Source: Candidatus Heimdallarchaeum endolithica
GTDB taxonomy: Archaea; Asgardarchaeota; Heimdallarchaeia; Heimdallarchaeales; Heimdallarchaeaceae
Direction of reading: 5' to 3'
Length of the DNA: 64,000 bases
NCBI GenBank assembly: GCA_021513715.1
Contig: CP084167.1
Span: 2,848,001 to 2,912,000, forward strand
This document shows, piece after piece, positions 38,013-49,528 of this stretch. The notes under the pieces are model-generated. The model did not search any database. It was not told where the DNA came from and saw nothing but the letters and a program-made list of their open reading frames with translations. The first letter of the stretch is position 1, and every line of letters starts with the position of its first letter. The position numbers were made by a program, and so were the translations under genes.

Positions 38013-39979
38013 AAAAAATGGATGAGAAAAAGAAAGTTGGAGTATTTGTTTGTCATTGTGGAAGAAATATCGCTCAAACTGTTGATATAGAAAAACTAAT
38101 GGAAAAAGTCAGAGAAAAGTATGATGTTGAGCTTGTAGAAGATAATATGTATATGTGTTCTGATCCAGGACAAAATTTGTTAAAAGAGTCAATTCAAGCA
38201 AAGAATTTAAATCGAGTTATTGTTGCTGCTTGTTCTAGAGATATGCATGAGCCAACATTCAGAAGTGCAGCTCAAGAAGCTGGTTTAAATCCTTATTTAG
38301 TTGAAATTGCTAATATTAGAGAACAAGTTAGTTGGGTTCATGATGACAAAGAAAAAGCAACAGAAAAAGCTTCAAAGATAATAGGTTCAACAATTGAAAA
38401 AGTAATAAGAGATGAACCTTTAGAACCTCTTAAAATACCTGTTGTTCAAAGAGCATTAGTTATTGGAGGAGGAATTGCAGGAATACAAGCTGCTCTTGAT
38501 ATTGCTGATGCAGGATATGAAGTAACTTTGGTTGAAAAATCTCCTACTATTGGAGGACACATGGCACAATTAGCTGAAACATTTCCGACTTTGGATTGTA
38601 GTCAATGTATTTTAACACCAAAAATGGTTGCTGTAAGTCGACATCCAAAAATTAACTTGCTGACAACCAGTGAAGTTGTAAGTGTTGATGGGTATGTTGG
38701 AAACTTTAAAGTGCAAATAAGAAAGAATCCGAGATATGTAGATGTTGATAAATGTAATCTCTGTGATGATTGTACAGCTGTATGTCCTGTAGTGGTTCAT
38801 GATGAATATAATCAAAGTTTATCCCCAAGAAAAGCTATTTATATCCCATTTCCTCAAGCTGTACCTGCATCGTATGTTATTGACGAGGAAACTTGTTTGG
38901 GAATTGATCCTCTGATCTGTTCAAAATGTAAAGATGTCTGTTTAGTTGAAGCAATAAATTTCGATATGCAACCAGAAATAATTGAAGAAGAATTTGGTGC
39001 CATAATTGTTGCCACTGGATATGATACCTATCCAATAGAAAATATAGGTGAGTATGGTTATGGTGCTCATCCAGATATTATTTCAGGACTAGACTTTGAA
39101 AGATTATTATCTGCAAATGGACCAACACAAGGTGTTATAAGAAGACCTTCAGATGGAAAAGTCCCAAAAACTGTAGTGTTTGTTCATTGTGCTGGTTCTA
39201 GAGATCCTGCTAAACATTTACCTTATTGTTCTAAAATATGCTGTATGTACTCTACAAAACATGCTTTGCAGTATAAACATCTTGTTCATGATGGAACTGC
39301 GATTAACTTTTATATTGATGTAAGAACAGCAGGAAAAGATTATGAAGAATTCTATAAACGTGCTGCAGAAGAAGAAAAGGTGATTTATGTAAGAGGAAAG
39401 GTCTCTGAAATAATAGAAGACGGAGATCAGCTTCTAGTAAAAGGTGTGGATACATTATTGGGAGAAGCAGTAGAAGTTCATGCTGATCTAGTTGTTTTAG
39501 CTACAGGATTAGTTCCAAGTAAAGGAACACAAGAAATTTCACATCTTTTGAAATTATCTTGCGATAGTAAAGGATTTCTCAAAGAAGCACATCCAAAATT
39601 AAAACCTGTAGAATCAGCTCTATCTGGTATTTTTATTGCAGGAACTGCTTCTGGTCCAAAAGACATTCCAGAGACAGTTTCTCAAGCTTCTGGGGCAGCA
39701 GCAAAAGCTGCAACAATTCTGGCTTCTGAATTCCTTGAAAGAGAGCCTCAAATCGCACAGGTAGATCCAACAACTTGCGGTCTGTGTCATACTTGTATTA
39801 ATGTTTGTCCCTATGGAGCGATCTATTTAGATGAAGGTGTGAGAAGAATAACTGTTCGAGAAGCACTATGTGAAGGATGTGGAAGTTGTGCAGCTGCTTG
39901 TCCTTCTGGTAGCATTGAATTAAAAAACTCTACTTCTGAAGGAATTAGAGCGCAGATTAAAGCATTGTTACAAGGGTGA
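38009..39979 (+). CDS. hdrA: Heterodisulfide reductase subunit A (bifurcating flavoprotein)
   Basis: GVFVCHCG, YMCSDPGQ, ANIREQ, GGGIAG, FPTLDCSQC, YCSKICC, E.HPKL.P, GPKDIP, ferredoxin motifs. Confidence 0.97.
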   Translation: MKKMDEKKKVGVFVCHCGRNIAQTVDIEKLMEKVREKYDVELVEDNMYMCSDPGQNLLKESIQAKNLNRVIVAACSRDMHEPTFRSAAQEAGLNPYLVEIANIREQVSWVHDDKEKATEKASKIIGSTIEKVIRDEPLEPLKIPVVQRALVIGGGIAGIQAALDIADAGYEVTLVEKSPTIGGHMAQLAETFPTLDCSQCILTPKMVAVSRHPKINLLTTSEVVSVDGYVGNFKVQIRKNPRYVDVDKCNLCDDCTAVCPVVVHDEYNQSLSPRKAIYIPFPQAVPASYVIDEETCLGIDPLICSKCKDVCLVEAINFDMQPEIIEEEFGAIIVATGYDTYPIENIGEYGYGAHPDIISGLDFERLLSANGPTQGVIRRPSDGKVPKTVVFVHCAGSRDPAKHLPYCSKICCMYSTKHALQYKHLVHDGTAINFYIDVRTAGKDYEEFYKRAAEEEKVIYVRGKVSEIIEDGDQLLVKGVDTLLGEAVEVHADLVVLATGLVPSKGTQEISHLLKLSCDSKGFLKEAHPKLKPVESALSGIFIAGTASGPKDIPETVSQASGAAAKAATILASEFLEREPQIAQVDPTTCGLCHTCINVCPYGAIYLDEGVRRITVREALCEGCGSCAAACPSGSIELKNSTSEGIRAQIKALLQG

Positions 39980-39984
39980 GAATT

Positions 39985-40449
39985 ATGAGTACATCAAAAC
40001 AAGAACAAGAATCAGGTATAAAAAACCCAAACCCGAAGATAGTCCTTTTCTTATGCCGTTGGTGTTCTGGAAAAGGAGCAGATTTAGCAGGAACATCAAG
40101 ATTAAACTATCCCCCTAATGTTCTGCCAATAATGGTCAATTGTACATCGAGAATTGATCCTAGATTTATAGTAGAAGCTTTTCTAGATGGAGCTGATGGG
40201 GTTCTAGTTACAGGTTGTCACTTTGGTGATTGCCATTACAAGACTGGCAATTACAAAGCATATAGACGTCTCTCACTAGTTGCAAAATTATTGAAACAAG
40301 TCGGAGTTAATCCCAAAAGATTTAGATTGACTTGGATATCAGCAACAGAAGCGACAAAATTTGTGAAAGTGACTACTGAAATGGTAGAAGATTTGAAGAA
40401 ACTTCCTCCTTACTGGAGTAATGAAAATGGAGGTGATAGTGATGAATAA
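39985..40449 (+). CDS. mvhD: Methylviologen-reducing hydrogenase subunit D ([2Fe-2S])
   Basis: FLC.WCS..GADLAG.SR, C..R, GADGV...GCH.GDCHY..GN, WISA.E. Confidence 0.95.
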   Translation: MSTSKQEQESGIKNPNPKIVLFLCRWCSGKGADLAGTSRLNYPPNVLPIMVNCTSRIDPRFIVEAFLDGADGVLVTGCHFGDCHYKTGNYKAYRRLSLVAKLLKQVGVNPKRFRLTWISATEATKFVKVTTEMVEDLKKLPPYWSNENGGDSDE

Positions 40450-41440
40450 ATTAAAGGTCGCAGTAGCTCTTGGAGCAACTTGCGCTGGTTGTGACGTAGC
40501 TATCCTAGATTTAAATGAAAAAATACTAGATGTAATAGAAATAGTAGATTTTGTTTTTTGGCCTACAGCAATGGACTTTAAACTGGATGATCTAAAAGCA
40601 CTAAAAGATGGTGAAGTTGATGTAGGTTTGTACCATGGGGCTATAGGGACAGAAGAAGATGAAGAAATAGCTAAAATATTAAGAAAGAAATCAAAAATAG
40701 TTGTAGCTTTTGGAGCTTGCGCTAATTTTGGTGGGATACCAAGTTTAACAAATATGCCTTATGAATCAAAGATGTTTGATGTGGTTTATAAAGAAAGTCC
40801 ATCTACTTCAAACCCAGAAGGGACTCTACCACAAAAAGAAACAGAGATAGAAGGAACAAAGTTGACTTTACCAGGAATTAGAAAAAGAGCAGATTCTTTA
40901 AACAGTGTTATTGATGTCGATTATTATGTCCCAGGTTGTCCTCCTATGGTTCCTTTGATTGAACAAGTAGTTGATGTCTTAAGAGTGTTTGTTGAAAAAG
41001 GCACTTTACCTCCTAAAGGAGCAGTTATTGCTGGGCAAGATACCTTGTGTAAAGAGTGTGGACGAACTAAACCAGAAACTATTTCTTACAAAGAATTTGT
41101 GTCTCCACAAGAAGTAAAAGAAATTGATCCTGACCTTTGTCTACTCTCGCAAGGAATTCTCTGTTTAGGGCCAGCAACACGTTCTGGTTGTGGAGCCTTA
41201 TGTACAAAAATGAATGTTGGTTGTAGAGGATGTTTAGGACCAACAGACAAAGTCGATGATCATGGTCTGAAAATGATATCTGCTCTAACTTCACTTTTGG
41301 AAGTTGAACATGAAGAAGAATATACAGAGGAAGATTTCGATAAATTATTAGAAAAAATACCTGACCCATTAGGGACATTTTATCGATTTACTTATGGAGT
41401 ATCCATGATCTCTAAATTACATCCAGATAAGGAGGAATAA
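40442..41440 (+). CDS. mvhG: [NiFe] hydrogenase group 3c small subunit
   Basis: CAGC, FGACA..GGIP, VDYY.PGCPP, C..C, CL...G..CLGP.T..GC...C, CRGC.G. Confidence 0.95.
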   Translation: MNKLKVAVALGATCAGCDVAILDLNEKILDVIEIVDFVFWPTAMDFKLDDLKALKDGEVDVGLYHGAIGTEEDEEIAKILRKKSKIVVAFGACANFGGIPSLTNMPYESKMFDVVYKESPSTSNPEGTLPQKETEIEGTKLTLPGIRKRADSLNSVIDVDYYVPGCPPMVPLIEQVVDVLRVFVEKGTLPPKGAVIAGQDTLCKECGRTKPETISYKEFVSPQEVKEIDPDLCLLSQGILCLGPATRSGCGALCTKMNVGCRGCLGPTDKVDDHGLKMISALTSLLEVEHEEEYTEEDFDKLLEKIPDPLGTFYRFTYGVSMISKLHPDKEE

Positions 41441-41442
41441 AA

Positions 41443-42930
41443 ATGAATCAAAAATTAAATCCAAATATAGTGACTATTGAACCAGTCACAAGATTAGAAG
41501 GATTAGCAAAAATAACTGTACTTCTTAATGATGAAGGAAATGTAAAAGATGCTTTTTACCAAGTAGTAGAGCTCAGAGGGTTTGAACGCTTTGTTCAAGG
41601 AAGACCAATTGAAGAAGTTTTGAGAATTACGCCAAGAATCTGTGGTGTGTGTCCTATTCCTCATCATCTTGCACCTGCAATAGCTGCAGATAGAATATAT
41701 GGTGTTGACCCTCCAAAAACTGCAAAACTATTAAGAGAAATGATGGCTTTAGGCCATATTGTTCATAGTCACATTTTACATTTCTATGCTTTTGCTCTTC
41801 CTGATTTTGTATTAGGGGAAAAGAAGGAAGCAGGTACGCATAATATAATTGGTTTAGCTAAGACATTTCCAGATGTTGCCAAAGCAGCTATTAAAGCAAG
41901 AGGAGATGCTCAAAAAATTCAAGCGATGATTGGTGCAAAAGCTACTCATCCTGTTACAGTCATCCCAGGAGGAATAAGTAAGGGAGTAACAAAGGAAGAT
42001 ACAGAAAAAATGTTAGAAATGAGTAATAATATCGTAGAATTCGGTAAATTGGGTCTTAAAGTCTTTGAAGATTTAGTAGTTAAAAATAAGGATCAGATGG
42101 CTCTTATTAATAGTGATGCATATAAAATGGATACCTATTATATGTCAATTGTAGGGCCAAAAAATACGCTTGATTTCTATAATAGTCAAACAGTCAGGGT
42201 AATTGACAGTAAAGGAAAAGAGTTTGCAAAATTTGAGTCTGATAAGTATTTAGACTACATAGATGAACATGTAGAACCTTGGTCATATCTAAAGTTCCCC
42301 TACCTTAAACAGATAGGTTGGAAAGGACTTGTGGATGGACCAAATAGTGGTGTATTTAGGGTTAATGCCTTAGCTCGATTGAATGTTGTAGATAAGATAG
42401 AAACCCCTCTAGCTCAAGAAGCAATGGAAAATATGTACGATGTTCTTGGCGGAAAGCCTGCTCATCATACTCTCGGTTTTAATTGGGCTAGACTAGTTGA
42501 AATCCTTTATTGTGGTGAAAAAATGGTTGAATTAGCTCAGGATCCTGACTTCTATGGTCCAAAATTCAGGGAACAGTTAAGTAAAGACATGATTACTGGT
42601 GAAGGAGTAGGGGCAATAGAAGCACCAAGAGGAACTTTGTATCACCACTATAAGACTGATAAAGAAGGAAAAGTAACCAAAGCTAATATCATAGTAGCTA
42701 CAACAAATAATAATGCTGCAATATGCTTGAGTGTCAAAAAAGCTGCTCAAGAAATGATCAAAAAAGGTCAATATAATGATGATGGACTAAATAAAATTGA
42801 GATGGCTTTTAGAGCCTATGACCCTTGTTTAGCTTGTGCAACTCACGCTATGGTTGGACAGATGCCACTAAAAGTGGAAATATATGATTCTAAGAAAAAT
42901 AAGATAAGAGAGTTGACACGTAAACTATGA
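41443..42930 (+). CDS. mvhA: [NiFe] hydrogenase group 3c large subunit
   Basis: TRLEG, RGFE, L1 RICGVC, EAPRG, L2 RAYDPCLACATH plus cleavable C-terminal tail. Confidence 0.96.
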   Translation: MNQKLNPNIVTIEPVTRLEGLAKITVLLNDEGNVKDAFYQVVELRGFERFVQGRPIEEVLRITPRICGVCPIPHHLAPAIAADRIYGVDPPKTAKLLREMMALGHIVHSHILHFYAFALPDFVLGEKKEAGTHNIIGLAKTFPDVAKAAIKARGDAQKIQAMIGAKATHPVTVIPGGISKGVTKEDTEKMLEMSNNIVEFGKLGLKVFEDLVVKNKDQMALINSDAYKMDTYYMSIVGPKNTLDFYNSQTVRVIDSKGKEFAKFESDKYLDYIDEHVEPWSYLKFPYLKQIGWKGLVDGPNSGVFRVNALARLNVVDKIETPLAQEAMENMYDVLGGKPAHHTLGFNWARLVEILYCGEKMVELAQDPDFYGPKFREQLSKDMITGEGVGAIEAPRGTLYHHYKTDKEGKVTKANIIVATTNNNAAICLSVKKAAQEMIKKGQYNDDGLNKIEMAFRAYDPCLACATHAMVGQMPLKVEIYDSKKNKIRELTRKL

Positions 42931-43433
42931 AAATAGCGATTATCGGCCTAGGAAACCCTATTGTGGGGGATGATGCTGTAGGAATAAGAGTCTTAGATTA
43001 TATAAAAGAAAACAAGATTCTTCCTTACTTTGTAGACATTATGGTCGATGTAAGCCTTTCTGGGATAGGTTTAGTTGAATTATTCAGAGGATATGATAAA
43101 GTAATAATAATAGACTCAATGCAATCTAATCAATTTGAGCCTGGGACAGTTTTAAGACTCAACCCAGACCAATTTGTAAGTGCGCTACATGTTTCTGATT
43201 ATCATAATATGGATTTCTTTACTGCTTACGAATTTGGAAAAGAAATTTATGATGATCTACCATCAAACGAACAAATTGTTATCCTCGGAATTGAAATTAA
43301 TTATATCACTGTATTTAGCGAACAGCTATCTCCAGAAATAAAGTCAAAGTTTAATGAAATAGTAAACGATGTTTATCAGTTTATTGAAAACGAAATAAAT
43401 CAAGAAAAGGAGATTATACGCAATGTCCTTTGA
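42927..43433 (+). CDS. Hydrogenase maturation protease (HycI/HyaD family)
   Basis: IGLGNP..GDDAVG, IIID, H. Confidence 0.92.
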   Translation: MKIAIIGLGNPIVGDDAVGIRVLDYIKENKILPYFVDIMVDVSLSGIGLVELFRGYDKVIIIDSMQSNQFEPGTVLRLNPDQFVSALHVSDYHNMDFFTAYEFGKEIYDDLPSNEQIVILGIEINYITVFSEQLSPEIKSKFNEIVNDVYQFIENEINQEKEIIRNVL

Positions 43434-43836
43434 GTATATAAAAATAGGAAAAGAAGAAAAAGAATTCATAAGTAAAATAGAAGATATCAGCGGACAGAAT
43501 CTATATGCATGTTATCAATGTGGAAAATGTACCGCTGGATGTTCTTTTAGTAATCAAATGGATCTTACAGTAAACCAAGTTATTCATAGATTACAACTTG
43601 GACAAAAAGAAAAAGTGCTGAGTGCAAAGAGTCCTTGGGTTTGTGCAAGTTGTCTGACTTGTACAGTAAGATGCCCACGAGATATTGACGTAGCTGCGAT
43701 AATGGAGTCAGTAAGAGAATACATTCTACGTTATGAACCAGAGAGGATAGAAAGAATGAAAGTTACAGAAGAAAAAGCTAAAAAGCTTCCTAATATAGCC
43801 CTTGTAGGTAGTTTTAGGAAAAATACTGAATTATAA
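43423..43836 (+). CDS. hdrC: Heterodisulfide reductase subunit C
   Basis: CYQCGKCTAGC, W.C.SC.TC..RCPR. Confidence 0.92.
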   Translation: MSFEYIKIGKEEKEFISKIEDISGQNLYACYQCGKCTAGCSFSNQMDLTVNQVIHRLQLGQKEKVLSAKSPWVCASCLTCTVRCPRDIDVAAIMESVREYILRYEPERIERMKVTEEKAKKLPNIALVGSFRKNTEL

Positions 43837-43848
43837 TAGGTGAATTAA

Positions 43849-44739
43849 ATGAAATATTCATATTTTCCAGGATGCAATCTCAAAACAAATGCAAAGGAAT
43901 ATGAACATACAGCTGTAGAAGTTTCAAAAATATTGGACGCTGAGCTCGTAGAAATGCCAGTGTTTAATTGTTGTGGGACAGTTCATAGTATGGTTTCAGA
44001 TAATACTATGAGAAGAGTGGCTCCTGTACGTATTCTTTCAAGATCTGAAGAACATCAGAAAGAGTTAGAAGATACAAAAAATACCGTTGTAACTCTTTGC
44101 TCGATGTGTAGTTCAACACTAAAAGTAGTGAATGAAGAAGTAAAAGAAGACGAAGAAATGCTACAAAAAATAAATTGGCAACTTGAAAGAGATAATCTAA
44201 AATATTCTGGCCATTCAGAAGTCAAACATTATTTAGAAATACTTAGAGATGAAGTTGGTTTTGAAGAAATCATTAAAAAGGTTAAAAAACAACTTAAAGG
44301 AATGAAAATTGCTTCCTATTATGGTTGTATGTTGTTGCACCCAGACAAAGCTAAAATAGATGATAGTGAAACACCTACAGTAATGGAAAGCCTTACTCTT
44401 GCACTTGGAGGAGAAGTAGTTGATTGGCCTTATTTTAAAACTTGTTGCGGTTCTTATCATGTTGTAGATAAAGAAGATATCGTAAACAATCAAGTTTTGA
44501 AAATAACGGAGGGTGCAAAAAAAAGAGGAGCTAATGCTATAATTACTGCTTGTCCTTTGTGCGCTTATAATCTAGATAGTCAACAAGTATTTTTACAGAA
44601 AAAAGGAGTAATTAAAGAAACCATACCTGTCTTCTACTTTACTCAACTTATGGCAATAGCTCTAGGGATAAAATTGAAAAATTTTGAAGATCATCATGTA
44701 GATCCTAAACCTTTACTAAAAAGTCTAGGATTAATTTAA
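43849..44739 (+). CDS. hdrB: Heterodisulfide reductase subunit B (two CCG domains)
   Basis: YFPGC, CCG, C..C, YYGC, CCG, CPLC..NLD, YFTQL. Confidence 0.93.
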   Translation: MKYSYFPGCNLKTNAKEYEHTAVEVSKILDAELVEMPVFNCCGTVHSMVSDNTMRRVAPVRILSRSEEHQKELEDTKNTVVTLCSMCSSTLKVVNEEVKEDEEMLQKINWQLERDNLKYSGHSEVKHYLEILRDEVGFEEIIKKVKKQLKGMKIASYYGCMLLHPDKAKIDDSETPTVMESLTLALGGEVVDWPYFKTCCGSYHVVDKEDIVNNQVLKITEGAKKRGANAIITACPLCAYNLDSQQVFLQKKGVIKETIPVFYFTQLMAIALGIKLKNFEDHHVDPKPLLKSLGLI

Positions 44740-44758
44740 AAAAAAAGAGGAATAAAAA

Positions 44759-45481
44759 ATGGCAAAAGCAATATCAATGAGAGAAAAAAAAGAAGAACTT
44801 GACACAGTAACCATATATATTATGGGTCAAGGATACAAAGTTCCTTCTTCTTTAACCATAATGAAAGCAATGGAATATGCTGGTTTTAAACTTAAAAGAG
44901 GAGTCGGGTGTCGTGCAGGTTTTTGTGGAGCATGTGCAACCGTTTATAGAAAATTAGGCGATTACAAAATATATGCTAACTTGGCATGTCAAACTAAAGT
45001 TGAAGACGGGATGTATCTCACACAATTACCTTTTGTTCCTGCAAATAAAGCAGAATACAATCTTGATGAGATTAAACCTTCAGCTTCAACAATGCTCCGT
45101 TTCTATCCAGAAATAGCAAGATGCTTAAGTTGTAATGCTTGTTCAAGAGTGTGCCCACAAGATATACAAGTAATGGATTATGTTCAATACAGTTTGCAAG
45201 GGCAAATAGATAAAGCAGCTGAACTAGCTTTTGATTGTATTCAATGCGGTCTTTGCGCAATTCGTTGCCCAGCAGAGATTCCTCAATATCATGTGGCAAC
45301 ATTGGCACGAAGATTACATGGTAGATATCATATGATTGCTCCTGACACTCTAGAACAAAGAGTAAAGGAAATAGAAGAAGGAAAATACGAAAAAGGATTT
45401 GAAGAGTTGATGTCTCTATCTGAAGAAGAATTAAAGAAACGATACGTTGCAAGAGACTTTATTGATCAGAAAAAGGCGTGA
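44759..45481 (+). CDS. Fumarate reductase/succinate dehydrogenase-like iron-sulfur subunit ([2Fe-2S] + 2x[4Fe-4S])
   Basis: GCRAGFCGAC...LAC; CLSCNAC...CP; CIQCGLC...CP. Confidence 0.85.
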   Translation: MAKAISMREKKEELDTVTIYIMGQGYKVPSSLTIMKAMEYAGFKLKRGVGCRAGFCGACATVYRKLGDYKIYANLACQTKVEDGMYLTQLPFVPANKAEYNLDEIKPSASTMLRFYPEIARCLSCNACSRVCPQDIQVMDYVQYSLQGQIDKAAELAFDCIQCGLCAIRCPAEIPQYHVATLARRLHGRYHMIAPDTLEQRVKEIEEGKYEKGFEELMSLSEEELKKRYVARDFIDQKKA

Positions 45482-47145
45482 GTAAAATGATTAGAGGATA
45501 TCCAGAAAGTATGAGAAAAAGTATTGACAAAGTCAATAAAACAAGAGATAAGAGAATCGACCAAATTATGAAAGATTTGACTCTTGAAGAGCGTGAGAAA
45601 GTATTGCACGAGTTTCACCCAGACTATAATCCGGCATACAAAAGAGATATTGGTTGGGGACAAAATAAGGGAGATAATGTTCCTAATGAAGTAGCAGATA
45701 TACTGGAATCATATCCAATTTATGATCCAGATGAAATCGATTTAAGCCAAATAGACTATGATGTTGGCGTGTTGATTATTGGTGCAGGAGGAGCTGGAAC
45801 AGCAGCAGCATTATGGACTGTTTATTCTGGAGTGCCAAAAGATAAGATTCTGCTGGCAACCAAACTTAGGTTAGGAGATTGTAATACTGTTATGGCGCAA
45901 GGAGGAATCCAAGCAGCCGATAGACCAGAAGATTCACCTTTGATTCATTATTTGGATGCTATGGGTGGAGGACACTTCAAAAACAAACCTGAGTTAGTAA
46001 AAGCACTTGTTTCTGATGGACCAAAAATAATCAAGTGGCATAAAGAACTAGGTTTAATGTATGATCAAAACGAAGATGGAAGTTTTGTAGAAAATGCTGG
46101 TGGAGGAACATCCAGAAACAGAATGCACTGCGCTAAAGACTATACAGGAATGGAAATTTTCAGAAATTTAAAAGATGAAGTAATTAACAATGAGATACCT
46201 TTGTTAGAATTTTCTCCTGCTGTAGAGCTATTAAAAGATGAAAATGGAAGAGTAGCAGGAGCGTTATTGTATAATCTAGAAACGAAAGAATATTCTGTCG
46301 TGAGAGCAAAAACAACCATTTTAACCACAGGTGGATTCGGAAGGTTGCACATCGCAGGGTTTGCGACAACAAATCATTATGGAGCAACAGGAGACGGAAT
46401 AGTTATGGCTTACAGAGCTGGAGCTAAACTAAGAGACTTAGATTCAACACAGTTCCACCCAACAGGAGCAGCTTTTCCAGAGCAAATAGTAGGATTACTG
46501 ATTACTGAAAAATTAAGAAGCTTAGGAGCACAAGTTTTAGGAAAGAATGGTGAACAAATATGCTATCCATTAGAACCAAGAGATGTTGAAGCTGCTTCAA
46601 TAATAAAAGTAACAAAAAGTACAGATAATTATGTTGAAACTCCTACGGGAATGAGAGGAGTTTGGCTAGACAGCCCATTGATTGAAGAAATTAGAGGAAA
46701 AGGTACTATCGATAAGAATCTTGCTGCTATGAAAAGGATGTTCTCAAGATTCGATATTGATATGACTGAAGATCCTATACTAGTTCATCCAACTCTACAT
46801 TATCAGAACGGAGGAGTAGAACTTGATGAGCATGGTTATACTTCTGTACCTGGATTGCTAGGTGCAGGTGAGATAAGTGGTGGTGTTCATGGAAAGAATC
46901 GTCTCATGGGTAATTCTCTTCTTGAGGTCAACGTTTTCGGCAGAAGAGCAGGTATATCTGCTGCTAAAGAATATAAACGAGGTAAAAAACCAGGTAAGCT
47001 TACTCTGTCTCATGTAAAGAAAGCAATTGAGCAAATAGATACTCTAAATCTCAAGAAAAAACGTTTTTCACCTGTCATTCTTCCAGAATATCGTAGTGAA
47101 GCAGTTAGAGATCGTTTAATTCAACTATTTGAATCTAGTCTCTAG
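45478..47145 (+). CDS. Soluble fumarate reductase-like flavoprotein (SdhA/FrdA/TfrA family, non-covalent FAD)
   Basis: GAGGAG, NT.MAQGG, TGDG, QFHPT, ITE, PRD, HY..GG, HG.NRL.GNS. Confidence 0.85.
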   Translation: MSKMIRGYPESMRKSIDKVNKTRDKRIDQIMKDLTLEEREKVLHEFHPDYNPAYKRDIGWGQNKGDNVPNEVADILESYPIYDPDEIDLSQIDYDVGVLIIGAGGAGTAAALWTVYSGVPKDKILLATKLRLGDCNTVMAQGGIQAADRPEDSPLIHYLDAMGGGHFKNKPELVKALVSDGPKIIKWHKELGLMYDQNEDGSFVENAGGGTSRNRMHCAKDYTGMEIFRNLKDEVINNEIPLLEFSPAVELLKDENGRVAGALLYNLETKEYSVVRAKTTILTTGGFGRLHIAGFATTNHYGATGDGIVMAYRAGAKLRDLDSTQFHPTGAAFPEQIVGLLITEKLRSLGAQVLGKNGEQICYPLEPRDVEAASIIKVTKSTDNYVETPTGMRGVWLDSPLIEEIRGKGTIDKNLAAMKRMFSRFDIDMTEDPILVHPTLHYQNGGVELDEHGYTSVPGLLGAGEISGGVHGKNRLMGNSLLEVNVFGRRAGISAAKEYKRGKKPGKLTLSHVKKAIEQIDTLNLKKKRFSPVILPEYRSEAVRDRLIQLFESSL

Positions 47146-47818
47146 TAACTATTTTCTTTTTTTTCATCTCTCTTTCTATTTCTTTTATTGAAAATATTTT
47201 TCCATGAGAAGGATATAGCCACTCTACTCCTTCATCTATTAATTTTTTCCAACTTTCGTATATCTTTTCTTTTTCATTTGCAACTATAGGAAAATAGCTT
47301 TTTCCTGAAAGCAATGGAAACTTCATTACAATATCTCCTATAAAAGCATGTTTTTGTTTGAAAATTAAAGAAATTGAACCATCAGTATGTCCTGGTGTAT
47401 GGATTATTTTAGCGTCAAATCCATAATCACTAAGTGATAATTCATTACTTACTTTGATTTCTACAGAAAAGGGAGCAATCTCACGCTTTATCGAAGGAAA
47501 TATCATTTTCAGTAATTTATTCGTTAAAACAGCTTCTGGTGTATTCCCTTTTTCAACCATATTAGCTTCTGTTTCATGCATTAAAACCTCTGCTCCTGTA
47601 ATTTCTTTCATCTCTTTCACTGATCCAATATGGTCAATGTGTCCGTGAGTAATAACAATTAGTTTAATGTTTTTTGGCTCGATAGAGAGTTTTCGTAGAA
47701 AATTAATTATTTTTTTATGACTTTTTAACATCCCTGTATCAACTAAGATGTAATTGCTATTCTCTTTTATGAGATAACTATTAACATAACCTAATTTTAT
47801 TCTGTGAATAGAAATCAT
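47135..47818 (-). CDS. Metallo-beta-lactamase fold hydrolase
   Basis: LVDTG, THGHIDH, TPGHT.G, GD, P.HG. Confidence 0.93.
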   Translation of the reverse strand: MISIHRIKLGYVNSYLIKENSNYILVDTGMLKSHKKIINFLRKLSIEPKNIKLIVITHGHIDHIGSVKEMKEITGAEVLMHETEANMVEKGNTPEAVLTNKLLKMIFPSIKREIAPFSVEIKVSNELSLSDYGFDAKIIHTPGHTDGSISLIFKQKHAFIGDIVMKFPLLSGKSYFPIVANEKEKIYESWKKLIDEGVEWLYPSHGKIFSIKEIEREMKKKKIVTRD

Positions 47819-48136
47819 AATTATCAAAAAAAATTTGATTGCAGCATTATATCTTTTTCGAATATTTTGATTTTTATTGGTTTTTTGAAATTTGATTATT
47901 TTTCAGTTAATTAAAAATCAAACTTACTGTTAACTAAAAAATATATTAGCTGTATTACCTTTTAACTTTTAAATTATCCAGATTTTATTGCTAAATATTT
48001 TATTCTTTTGGTTTAACTACTACAATTATTTAAACCATTAATATCTTCTTATTTGCTCTTTTTTACTCTCTCTAATAATAAAATAATGCTTTTTTTTAAT
48101 TAGGTTTATAGTGTAAGCTTTTTAAGGGCACTTTAA

Positions 48137-49522
<1,386 letters not shown>

Positions 49523-49528
49523 AACTAC

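Noticed and set aside
38009-42930. Selenocysteine recoding in HdrA/MvhD/MvhA as in some Asgard and methanogens
   Set aside because: All ORFs are uninterrupted with Cys at the relevant motifs (TLDCSQC, CRWC, GDCHY, DPCLAC); no in-frame TGA and no split VhuU
45478-47145. L-aspartate oxidase (nadB)
   Set aside because: Lacks the EGGH Glu, is paired with an SdhB-like FeS subunit, and no nadA/nadC nearby
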